A stretch of DNA of 58,402 nucleotides, filler included, from Nemertoderma westbladi (Eukaryota; Animalia; Xenacoelomorpha), in NCBI GenBank assembly GCA_032718475.1. It is 2 parts of 2 records of this genome, joined end to end, with 100 filler letters (N's around TTAATTAATTAA, not from the genome) between each part and the next. Parts side by side here need not be neighbours in the genome. Positions count along the whole stretch, not along the records: positions 1 to 30,022 come from JAUCBJ010001573.1; positions 30,123 to 58,402 come from JAUCBJ010007368.1. One strand, written 5' to 3'. Positions 22,829 to 34,358 of this stretch are shown here, piece by piece (the stretch's first letter is position 1; the number at the start of each line of letters is the position of its first letter). The notes under the pieces were generated by a model that saw only the letters and a list, made by a program, of their open reading frames with translations, made no database searches and was not told where the DNA came from. Made by a program: the position numbers and the translations under genes.

Positions 22829-24707
22829 ACTACTAGGATCGGCATGCTGCATTGCAGCTGCATTTTTAAGAATGCTGTGCCGGCTTGTCAACAAAATTGC
22901 ACCGCCACAACTCCCTATCACCCATGACATTTGCTAGATCATCCGCATCTTTAAGGCCAGTGTCCTTTAAGATGCGTCTCAAGAAAGTCATGGGCTGTCG
23001 ACCATGCTTATTCACTCCATGAGGCTGCCAAAGTACAAGATTATGCACTGGCTGGTCCTCACGGCGAAAGCAATGTCCTGCAAAGCGGAGACGATTTTGT
23101 TCTAGTGTCAAGCTTGGGGGAACCAATGAGACACCTCCAATGTTATATAGTGTCTGGTTGGAGATGTGTGCATTGTACTTGACACAATGAACCCGGCGTA
23201 GCTTTCTTGTGAATGTGCCATCCAGAGATTTGGTGTCCTCAGCAGTTAGAGCCCAGCATGGACTCCCATAGAGGAGTACTGGAACTACTGCTGCTCTAAA
23301 TAATCGGACCTTAAGTTTCCGATTAATTCTCGGTGACTTCCAAATCCTGGAAAGCCTATTCAAGGCTGCCCATGCCTTTCCCTTACGTATTCGAAGGTCC
23401 TCACCTGACTTCCGGATCCATGATCCCAGGTAACAGAAGTCGTCCACATGCTCAAGCATACCATCCTTTGAGCTTATGCTCATCCGATCAGAGACTTGCT
23501 GAGGACTTTCAAAGTTAACTGTCAGAATTTTGGTCTTTCTGGAGTTAATAAAAAGACCAACACTAGAAGCAGCATGTTCTAATGAGCTGAGGAGCCGTTG
23601 GGCTCCCTCTAATGATTCTGAGAGTACTCCTAAGTCATCAGCAAAGTCTAGATCAGTTAGGTACTTGGCAGGATTTCCTCGACTTCTGGAGCCAGTAGGT
23701 GGAGTTATCATCACCCCATCATCATTATGATGATCTAAGGACATGCGTAGAACATAGTCAACCACAATAATGAACAAGAATGGTGCAAGTGTGTCTCCTT
23801 GGAGGACGCCCCATAACACTTCAAATGGTTCTGTGTCACCGTCAACAGTAGACACAAATGTTGTCGAACCATCGTATACTGATCTGATTGCTGCAATAAT
23901 TTCATCAGGAATCCCATATAATGAAAGTATGCTGAACATACGTGAGCGAGAGACTGAATCAAAGGCCTTGAAGAAGTCAACAAAGATAACAGCCAGATGC
24001 CTGTCTTTCTTTTTTGATAATTCTTCAATTATCCTTCTAAGTGCCAAAATGGGCTCCATGGTCCCACGACCTTTACGGAACCCATTCTGATTTCCACGGA
24101 GCAGTCTCTCAATGGGATCCCTGATGCGATTTAATAGAATCCTATTGTATATCTTTGCAGCAATCGAGATCAATGAGATTCCCCGAAAAGAACCATAGAG
24201 TGTTAGGTTCCCCTTCTTGGGAACTGGCACCAACTTATTTGTTTTCATTTCTTGTGGGACTCTTGTTGTACGGTGCATGTCTACTATGATGGAATAGATG
24301 AGCTTTAAACACTCAGGTATTTTAAAGACCTCAGGGGGAACACCATCTACTCCACTGGCACGATTGGTCTTAATGCTCTTTGCAGCAGCCTTCACTTCTG
24401 CAAAGGAGATAGAATATCTGGGAGTACAGACTCAGACACCTTTACTTCTATAAAGTTATCAGGCAATACCCTGTCATTATTGAGGAGCTTTTCAAAGTGG
24501 GCTTTCCAACCATTGAGGCGATCGGCTGGTGATTCAGCCTTAACCTTGGTGGTTGGTTGGCTTTTTCGCCCAGTAAGCAGATTGATCGATTTCCATGCCT
24601 GGGATGATTGCCTGCTGTCGTCAGCATCATTGATGGCATCAACCTAATTGCCCTAAACACAAGCCGAAACAGAAACAACCAAAACAATAAATCTGATTTG
24701 GCTTCCA
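22829..24707 (-). mobile_element. 5'-truncated RTE-clade LINE
   Basis: RT ORF, short 3' UTR ending in a (TAG)n tail, and candidate TSD AAGCTACT at 22821-22828 and 24708-24715. Confidence 0.88.
22866..24395 (-). pseudogene. RTE LINE reverse transcriptase (N-terminally truncated ORF; frameshifted continuation to about 24640)
   Basis: PKKGNL...FRGISL, QNGFRKGR, FVDFFKAFDSV, GVLQGDTLAPFLF, LDFADD, FCYLGS, VLLYGS, RLRFAGHC. No endonuclease domain. Confidence 0.92.
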
Positions 24708-24760
24708 AAGCTACTTAATACGAGTGTTGGTGACTTAACACTCCAATTGTTCACCCTTCA

Positions 24761-24850
24761 ATCATTGTTCACCGGTGCAATTTTGTTGACAAGCCGGCAC
24801 AGCATTCTTAAAAATGCAGCTGCAATGCAGCATGCCGATCCTAGTAGTAG
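24761..24850 (+). mobile_element. Extremely 5'-truncated RTE copy (about 80 nt of the 3' end)
   Basis: 24773-24850 is the reverse complement of about 22827-22904 including the TAG tail; flanked by direct repeat GTTCACCCTTCA (24749-24760 and 24850-24861). Confidence 0.85.
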
Positions 24851-25612
24851 TTCACCCTTCACAGAGAAATAAAGCAGTTCGTCAGGCGGACAAATGTTGA
24901 ATGTGAGAATATTTAATAATGCAAAAGGGGGGAAATTATTTACCTAAACCCTGGTACCCTTAGCGCTGACTGTAATCAGCTATATTACCGGTACTGCTCG
25001 CTACGCTTGCAACTACTGTAGACTTGCAAACCCGCTATTTTTTAGATAACCACCTAGTGTAAATTTGTCCAAAAATATTTCTGTATTTTCTAAGTGTAAA
25101 TAACTAAAACTATTCTCCGCTATGCAGCGTACGAAGTCCTTATTTTATTCTAAATACTATCATACATAAACTACATTTACTCCTCAAATGTACGGGGTTG
25201 CGAACTAATTATTAGGTATTCCAGAATTTGTAACACTAATCAGCTAATTAGTTACGTTACTGGGCTACACTAAAGACAGCCTAAATACCGTATTATTTGA
25301 GCTAACAGTAATTTAACAAGCATAAATAGAAAACAGAAACAATCAAGGTATATAGCGCCTATCTAAAACATTACACATAAATAGCGTTAGCATTAGCATA
25401 TCATTACATACACGTAGCATTAGCATTAGCATAAACGGCTAAGGTCACCGCAGATCAATGGGATCTTTCTACCTAAACCTAGCTAGCCTAATAGCAAATC
25501 TGAGAGACAAGATCTAGGTCGCCTTGTCCCTTACAGCCTTAATGGCGACCGGCCCTCGGTCCTAAACTTAATTCAGCCAACCTGCCAACCGCAGCCACCA
25601 GCCCCGCCGGTA

Positions 25613-28144
25613 GTGCCATGCATTGGATCCTCCAACTTCTCCCATCGCTTCCAAACAGTGAGCCCGCGGCGCCTACCCCTAGCCCAACATGTTAAAGAGG
25701 GCAGTTACCGTAACGGCGCAAACATAGTCCACTTCAGGGAGGTGCACGAACAGCGGCTGGTCGGGACCTACGGGACGCCGTCGCTGGACAATGCGATCTT
25801 CGTGCATTTCCACTACGTGGTGAAAGGGGTCGAGGCGAAGTTCGGGATTCCGATGTACCCGAGGGAGTCGCCGAAGAAAGATTGGAAGAGGTTCATAGAG
25901 TCCGTCAACAGGGGAGGATACATGGTCCTAGACGACGAAGGAACCGTAGAAGACGAGGAGGGTTCGAGACGAGGATCAGCGGGGTCAGCCAGGATCATAC
26001 TCCTACATTTGGCCGCGCCAAATGGGGACATTTTCCTATTCGACCTAGGAACGTATGGGAACAAGGACGGGCCGAAGTTGAACCGGTTGCCGAAAGTGGT
26101 GCAAGTCTTGGTACGAGAGAAGTCGACGACGAAGGTGGGATCGGCGATTCGCGACGACGCGGAGAGAATCATCGGTCCGGACACCCCCAACCTTCTGGAC
26201 ACGCAGACGGTCTTTATGGCTATGACAGCGCCAGACGGGTTGGGACTAGTGGGGAACACAGGCCAGTGCGGAGCGGTGGCGATGGGCCAGCTGTTGGGGC
26301 TCGTGTGTCTCAAACCGACAGACTGGGGAAAGTTCAGAGAAGAGTACGGAGCAGAGTTAGCGAACTCGCTGAAGTGGGGAGCGAGGCCAGGGAAACAAGA
26401 GGTGTATCAATTCCGGAGAGGAGTGATAAAGGTATATCAGAAGCGATATATCCTGCAGGAGGATTGGATAATGATAGATTTACTAAACCTATTCATGACC
26501 GTCGTCATTGGGAAGGAACCAACGGCATTCCTGCTATCGGGATCACCCCTGAACTACAGATGAGCCTTTAAAACGGCTTTCGAGGGTCTGGTAGACCTCC
26601 CGGGGCTGAAGGGCGAGTCGGTGTACTACAACAGCCGACATCTGGTAAACGGGGAGATAGATACACCATATCAGAGATGGGAGCAGCTAGAGACGAATAG
26701 ACGAGAGGCGAAGCAATTGGAAGAAATCGCTAGACAGGATAAAAGAGAAGCAGAAGAGAGGGAGGAGGAAGCTAGGGCGCAGAGCTACGGCTTCGAGGAG
26801 CAAGCGGGCCTAGACGAACTTCGTTGGACTTCATCAGGGAGTTCGGGGGAGTCTCTAGGGCAAGAGTTAGGGTGGACGGTGGGATCACCGAAACAGTCGA
26901 CGTCGGGGTTGCAAGCGATGCCCATACCAGCGGGCGCTGAGGGCGACCAACCGCTAAGGAAGCTACGGGAGCTAGAGGAATGGAGAGCTACGGGCAAGAA
27001 CCAAGGCGGGAAGGGACATAGTGGGTCCACCGGGATACCGGGGTTGAAACCACTGCGAGAGGAGGACGAAGACGACGACGAGTTCGGAGAGAAGCCGCCC
27101 ATCGGGAGGATAGGCCACTCGGACATGGACTGGGTTGGCGGGAGGGTGGTGACGGCCAGTGGGGCGAGGGCCTTCTGGGATAAACCCGGCAAGCGGGCCT
27201 GGGTGCATGAGGAACCGGCGATGGATTTCGCGGGGAGCACCATCAGGTTGGGCGAACAACCGGGGACGGCACCACGGGTAGTGTTTGGGGAGACGATGCC
27301 CGGGAGGGGCGAGGAGATCGACGTAGACAGGGACACTAACGTCCAGAAGTTTGCCTACCAGCGACTCCATAGACCGCGGAGGTCGCTTGGGACGAAAGAC
27401 GACGTGGGGCGGGAGACATTGATACTCGGTTGCGACTACTGTGGGAGACAGACCCACCAGGAAAGGAGCTGTTTGTATCGGTTCCAGAAAGGGACTTATT
27501 GTCTCTATTGCCGAGAGTCAAGCCACAGGATGGGGGCGTGTCCACGGTTGCACAACCGATGTTCGAAATGTAACTTTCGGGGACATTACGGACGCCAGTG
27601 CGACTGGATGGACGACGAAGAGAAGTTCAGGATCTTCGAGGAATGGGCCGACGTCGGGGCGATGACTCGGCAGCGTATGAAGGCCCAGGAGTTTAAGTGG
27701 GGTTTCTTCCTAATCAATCAGGAGGCCCACATGGAGATTATCAAACGGAGGCTTCCGTTTACCTACCAGGAAGTGGCGACGGCGGCATCATATGCCGGGG
27801 TGATAAATATGCAGAGGTATTTGGATAGGTGGACGCCACAAAACAGAGGAGAGTTTAGGGATTTCTTGGCGGAGCATGTGCCGCGGGCTATGAAGATGAT
27901 TTTATGGGACGCCACCAGGGGGAGACAACAGGGCCACTCGGAGGGGCCGCCCGCGAAGCGATATCGGGAGCTGATAACACCGGCACCCAAGGGGCCAACC
28001 ACCGGGATCAGTAAGGAGGTGGCGGCGAGAGTCCGAAGACAGAAGACAGATCCCAGAAGGGCGACAGTAACCAGGAAACGACCCAGGGAGGGAACCATCT
28101 CAAGAGAGATAGACAGATTCCCAAAGTCAGGAGGGATAAACTGA
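25613..28144 (+). CDS. DEDDy 3'-5' exonuclease (WRN/RNase D/Mut-7-like fold) plus three CCHC zinc knuckles; one internal in-frame TGA at 26561-26563
   Basis: ExoI YMVLDDEG; LLHLAAPNGDIFLFDL; LPKVVQVLV...; ExoII KVGSAIRDDAERI; LLDTQ; PTDW; ExoIII-like QKRYILQED. Downstream in the same frame: CDYCGRQTHQERSC, CLYCRESSHRMGAC, CSKCNFRGHYGRQC. True start codon uncertain (frame open from 25487). Confidence 0.72.
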
Positions 28145-28315
28145 AACTTACGTGCGAACTATTAATTAATCTAAATAATCAAAATAAGTGCAATTTGTAT
28201 GTACGTACGTAGCAATCAGTAATCTACAAAATATATATGCTCGAAGTAAGTACTATAGTCATACAACCTTTCTCAATTAGCTACTGGGACGGGGGGGCCA
28301 ACTGACTATGGCACT

Positions 28316-28672
28316 ATGGACGAGACGCCAGACGATTTCACACTTCTTGAGTGCGACGGCATGGGAGGGGGGGTGAGATTCGTCAGAAGGGATAAGGTAG
28401 TCAAAGAGGGGTTGAGGGACGGAATAATAGTGCGGAGTGCGGAGAGAGTGCGGATGCGATTCGAGCGTGGGGGGAGAGGAATAAGAGGCAGAGTAAGGGA
28501 CGGGGAAGTCCGAGAGTTAGAGCGGGAGAGAGGAGAAGTAGAGGAGAATCTGGGTAAGAAAAGAGTAGAGTCAGGGCGAAAGTGTTGGGGAAACAAAAAT
28601 CGTGTGAGAGGAATGCACGATCGGCCCAACATGGGACGCCAGGCGAACAGGGTAGCGTTATCATACCCATAG
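28316..28672 (+). CDS. Small Arg/Gly/Glu-rich ORF, unknown function
   Basis: ATG-initiated 118-aa ORF on the same strand, with the same purine-rich bias as the upstream ORF, just before the PPT. Confidence 0.3.
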   Translation: MDETPDDFTLLECDGMGGGVRFVRRDKVVKEGLRDGIIVRSAERVRMRFERGGRGIRGRVRDGEVRELERERGEVEENLGKKRVESGRKCWGNKNRVRGMHDRPNMGRQANRVALSYP

Positions 28673-28797
28673 GGAGCGGCCTGGAAAGCCGGCTCCGAGA
28701 GAAAATAATACCACCCCACACCCGATGCTAGATCGGGATCCAGCGGGATTGTAGCGCCCTTTAGGTGGATGCTATCTTCTCACCCGGAAGATAGCAT

Positions 28798-29320
28798 GGG
28801 GGGGAGTGTTAGCTTATTCAATCCCGCTAACACCCCACAAAGTAAGCCGATAAGCAATATTGGGGGCCACGAGATTGGGTAATCAACCACTCGTGTCTCC
28901 CCAACAAAGTGGGAAGGGAGAACGCACAATAAGGGTCAGGGGTTACTCCCCTGACACAGAGAGAATAGCTGGAGTGAACGGAAACACTCCAAAGGGCGCC
29001 AACAGGGATATTAACCAATCAGGGGGGAAGCATCGACTAGGTACTGTAGCAAGGCCAAACCGTGCAATATATTAGCAGTTACCCAGTAATCAGTTATTCA
29101 GTTATCTCAGTGTGTTATTGGTGTTAGTTAGGTTAGTTTAGCTAGGGAAGTACCGGGACTTCAATCACCGTCTCCCGCGTTCCATATACAACTCTATATT
29201 ACGGTCACTATCTATATCTATTTATATACCCGAACATTATATACGACGAACAACGCAAACTCTTTTACCTTTCACACACGGCGGGGACGCGTAGATCGAC
29301 AAACCGGATAAATAATAACA
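28798..29320 (+). mobile_element. PPT (GGGGGGGAG) and putative 3' LTR (28807-29320) of a third LTR element
   Basis: G-tract directly followed by TGTTA; candidate end TAACA at 29316-29320. No partner LTR found, so the right end is tentative. Confidence 0.55.
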
Positions 29321-30022
29321 TACACATAATATAGGGTTAGAACATCGCTTGGCCAATATATATGGCTATTTATATGGTAAATTTTATATACGACTAGTTT
29401 GTTTGTTTTGGATATTATTTTATGTAATATTAAAGTGCTAACGCGAATACATTACATTGTTAACAAATACATATTGCTTTATTTTATATGTTGGCTGATC
29501 GCTAACATATTGGATAGTGTGTTTGTTTTGAATATTTCGCGATAGCAGAATTTATAAAGTGCTAATTCGAAAACTTGCTTTTGGAAATTACATTGCTTGT
29601 CTCTTTATATGATGCATATTATTTTATTTAGCAATTAATTTATTGAGAAAACACCTAAAAAATTTTCACTTTCAATGAATTTAACTCTTTCTTAGTTAGT
29701 AGAATAATTATAAATAGGCTTTTAAAACGATAGTATCCACCTATTGAGTAATTTGAATCTACGACCAATTTAAGATATTGTACATTACTGTTTTTCTGAC
29801 ATGTTATGTCCTATCGGATTAAAACCGATAAAACCGATTTGCTTATAAATAAAATATAATGAGGTGTTTTATAAAAATGAAAAATTGTGGAATGACTTTT
29901 CTAAGATTTGAACCAGCGCAGCCTAAATGCCTTATGATTACATAATTTTCCTACAGTAGTTACATTATCAGCTCAACTCAAATTTAGTTATTTAATAATA
30001 CCCCAGCAGGAGAAATCGAGCT

Positions 30023-30122
30023 NNNNNNNNNNNNNNNNNNNNNNNNNNNNNNNNNNNNNNNNNNNNTTAATTAATTAANNNNNNNNNNNNNNNNNNNNNN
30101 NNNNNNNNNNNNNNNNNNNNNN
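30023..30122. other. Artificial contig linker / assembly gap
   Basis: 44 N + TTAATTAATTAA (stops in all six frames) + 44 N. Confidence 0.97.
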
Positions 30123-30961
30123 TTTTATGTTTTATGCTTTTAGCTCAACACTAGTAGGTTTAATTACAAGGACATATATCCTTTAACTGACTGATGATCA
30201 TACGAACTGACCTGGCTGCAATTACGCATCAAACAACCTGGCTTTACACTCTGTAAATATCAAAACAAACTGGCACGATTGATCTGTGAATACTGCATAC
30301 TGCTATTTGTTGTCGGTTATTCATTATATTTGTTGATGAATTATTATATTGGAATAACGAGAAATAACCCCGACACCCAATATTCTTGATATACCGAAGG
30401 TAAGAGAGAAAGGTTACCAATAACGATTGTGACTTATGTTAAAGTGGTTTGAAGTGAATCTAATGTTATTTGATAGACCCTACATGAGTCAGTCTGTGTT
30501 CCTTTTATATGTGACTAAAATCAGTGAAGATTGGCAGATTAGTGTGCAGTATTGTGCAGCATTGCGTATGAGCGAGTCTGTTAAAGAAGCAATTCCTAAA
30601 GAATGCGCCATATATGTGAATTATAATTAAGCCATATCGTTGTGAGTAGTTTAAGTCATAACTCTGTTTATATAGATAAAGCGCCACGTCCTAAAGGAAC
30701 TGTTAATATTCCCGAAGGTAAATAATATTGTCAGAGATTATATAATACTGTCAGTCGAATAATACATTAGGCTTACATAGCAACAAAATTAAACCGTCGA
30801 ACCCAATCTCCCGGGAATATCCAGCGGGTGAATGGTCGCGCACGGATTGGTTTCGACTAGTGTAGTGAATCAAATACTTGTCATAGGCTAAAAGCGATTT
30901 AATATCTAGAAGACATCTTAATTTGGCGGGTTAAACTGCCAAAGGTCTGAAAGCGCGAACA
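30123..30961 (+). mobile_element. Third, more diverged LTR of the BEL-1 family (3' or solo LTR), cut by the gap
   Basis: Reverse complement of the BEL-1 LTR, ending ...GAAAGCGCGAACA at 30961; followed by a minisatellite rather than internal sequence. Confidence 0.9.
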
Positions 30962-31368
30962 GTAACCGCCGCTTATACTGTCTCCTTGTATACAGCAGCT
31001 GGGTAACCACCGCTTATACAGTCTACTTATATACAGCGGCTGAGTAACCACCGCTTATACTGTCTCCTTGTATACAGCGGCTGGGTAACCGCCGCTTATA
31101 CTGTCTCCTTGTATACAGCTGCTGGGTAACCGCCGCTTATACAGTCTCCTTGTATACAGCGGCTGGGTAACCGCCACTTATACTGTCTCCTTGTATACAG
31201 CGGCTGGGTAACCGCCGCTTATACTGTCTCCTTGTATACAGCGGCTGGGTAACCGCCGCTTATACTGTCTCCTTGTATGCAGCGGCTGGGTAACCGCCGC
31301 TTATACTGTCCCCTTGTATGCAGCAGCTGGGTAACCGCCGCTTTTACTGTATCCTTGTATACAGCGGC
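30962..31368. repeat. 41-bp minisatellite (GGGTAACCGCCGCTTATACTGTCTCCTTGTATACAGCGGCT)
   Basis: About 10 tandem units. Confidence 0.95.
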
Positions 31369-32925
31369 ATCCAAATTGATGAAGAACACACACAATGAAC
31401 AGAACACTCTGCGATCGTCATCCTTGAAAGTTACGGATTACTTTTTAGTCAGACAGGCCCACCGAGATGTTGACCACTCCAGTCAATGAATCGCTGTCAC
31501 TCCAGAACACAATTTTCCCTGAAACACCTTATGTGATAACGATATAATATTAGCGTCAGGTTTGGAACGCCGTTTTGGTTCTATCATCCTTGCTTCCACA
31601 GGAACCTCATTAAAGCCTGAAAGTGGTGGATGATGTTGTTCGTTAAGGGTCGTGGGTAAGGATCAAACCTGGGTAGGAATGTTGTTCAATAGACTGTCGG
31701 GGGTAGGGAGATCAGCCGGTATCAAACATTCAATGAATGTCTATTGAAATTATGAATGAAAACAATGAAAATCTATTCTGGGCTGCTCTATGACAGTCAC
31801 TGCTACTGTAGACTCTTATAATACAATCTGTCATTTATTAGAATATTATTATTATTAAGAAATTGCAAATAATGCAATGGGGATACAGATGGTTAAGTTG
31901 CGTTGCATACCAGATCGACGAAGCATCATGGATGTATTGTAACTAAAGTGTTTTTATGTATGTGGGACGAGCAGCGAAGTTGGTGGAACCTTAGAGAACT
32001 GACACTGTTAATGTGGTGGGTCAATAATAGTTGCTGTTGTCGTTGAGGTTTTTTAGATTTTCATACACCATCAATCCAACCACCTCCCGCTAGAGGGTTA
32101 CATGTCAAAAAACATTAAATGTCCTCCCATTCCTTTGCCTTTAAACTTTAAAGCCGGAAGAATTGTACTACAACATTAGCTGTGTCACTCAAAGGGGGCT
32201 AATCCGTATGCAGTTGTCTGACGTTAGAGGGCGAAATGCCTGATAGTGAAATCCTTGACCTCTTCCATTATTCAAACTGAAACTTGTCAAATATGTTCTA
32301 AAACACATCTTGTGTCTTTGTTGGGTCGGTAATCGGTCTGCAGTTCTCAAGTCAACCGCTAGAGTTCGAAATGTTGATAGTGATAAACGACCTTCCCATT
32401 TCCTTGATTTTAATCTGCTCAAGCTGAATCTTGGAATATATTTATTTCGTTTAAGCTGAAACTAGGTGCGAATATACTAGAAAACTGGTCGCATCTTTGT
32501 GGGACGGTAGTCCGAAAACATTTTAGAAATGTCTGAAATGTAAACCTTCAACCATTTCGTATTATTATTTATATTCCTTTCTTCCAGATTGATACCTGGC
32601 ACATATATTCTAGACCTCAGACTGAGTTTTGTGCGGTCTTGAATTGACTGCAGTTGTTGCCCAGTCTGCTTCTAGGTGGTTATGTGATTAGAGGACATCT
32701 GATTAAATTTTGCTATTATTTCTTTCGAGTTGACACTTAACATACGATTATATCACGTGCTGCGCGAAGGCCCACCTCGTTTATATGTTGTCATATTACC
32801 TAGAAAATTCTAATTGTTAAAAATTGATAATTTTGTTTTTTAAATAATTGATATATTTATCGTGACAGCTTTCCTGTAGTTTGATGAAACTTTTATACAT
32901 TTTATTATTTATAAATGGTATTGGT

Positions 32926-33410
32926 GAAAAATATCGAGACTTGAAAAATATCGCGATTAAAAAAGTTAAGAGTAAAAATATTTTTTTTAAAGTAATGTAA
33001 TGACTTTTATTATAACTGTCTGTCTATGACTCATGGCCTGCCCTTGTTATATTATTTTGTGAAAGTCTGTATGTCGGTTTATTACCTTAGACTATATTGT
33101 GGATGTACCGTTCTGCCGTACCCGCATACTATCCAAAAGACTTACTGATCTACTGATACCGGTTGCTGAAATGTCTGTATGTCTTGACACCTGATATTGT
33201 GTATTGGTCAATATTATACTATTGTGAAAGACGCCTTCCTGCCAACGTGTAACATGGTGTTTTCTCAACTATTCACTATAATGTAGAAAAGAGACACCAG
33301 ACACCACAAATATCAAGAGATAGAATATTTCATCTCGCGATATTCTTACACTCGATATTTTTACACACGAGATTTTTACTCGCGATATTTTTCATGTCTC
33401 GATATTTTTC
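32926..33410. mobile_element. MITE/foldback-like element with internally repetitive TIRs
   Basis: GAAAAATATCGAGACTTGAAAAATATCGCGA at 32926 is inverted at 33380-33410, with extra ~16-bp subrepeats at 33325-33380. TSD not resolved. Confidence 0.6.
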
Positions 33411-34358
33411 AATATCTCCTTTAAAACAGATGTTTCAAATACATATAATAGTAGCATAAACACCTACACTTATGTCAGTGACATTTCTGACATATTAAAC
33501 TTTGTGGTGATGGATCATCTGACGCAAGCAAACCCTTTACCACTGACTGACTGATTGATCCCTTTGCGGTATATTATATGCAATAAATAATTAAACTTAT
33601 GTATGCTAACTATATGGGTTTTAATTAGGATGGCTTCTGTTGTCTACTACTAATTGAAATCGATGACTTAAAACAAATTTATAAATAATTAATTAAAGTA
33701 TAACTGTCATTGGTTTTGAAGCTTCTGCACTACATAAATTAGAAAAATACCCATCATCATGATGGATAATATATGCCGATTTCTAACTGAACCTTGCTTG
33801 GAAGTAAATTTATTATAGTAAATGTTGTTTTGGGTGATTTTGGTAGTAAATTTTATTGTGATCAATAATCCGTCTGATACCTAGGTTGAATCATTGAGGA
33901 ATTTTCAATTAAAAAAAGTGTCCCCGCAGGAACTGTTAAGACAGTTCATCCCATGGTTTCCCTATATTTTAATAATAAATTTACTGTTAAAAATTCACAA
34001 ATGCTGCATGTTTCCATTATAATTAAACTTACATAACCGGAATCACCCCCCCCCCCCCCCTCCTCCCCTCCCAGAGACGATTATGTACGGTGCAGTTATT
34101 GCGTGTATTTGCCTGGAAGTTGAATTTAATACACCCATAGCAATTGTGGAATGGTTTTATAAATATATTAATAAGATTTTAACAGGAATTTAAGATTGAT
34201 GGTGATGGAATGGTATGTTATTGAATTAATTTTTTAAAATTAAATCGAAAATCGTATTGCTTTTGTATATAAAGTCATCATCCGGTGTAGAATAGGGTCA
34301 CTTTTAGGAAAACCCACAAAAGGGGTAACACTATATCTGCCCTGCCGCACAGCTATAT

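Noticed and set aside
22826-24850. Novel TIR element encoding a reverse transcriptase
   Set aside because: Each inverted end is an RTE 3' end with its own TSD, so two LINE insertions explain it.
25882-26571. 229-aa overlapping plus-strand ORF and antisense ORFs over 25813-28098
   Set aside because: Shadow frames of the GC-rich exonuclease/zinc-knuckle ORF, with no motifs.
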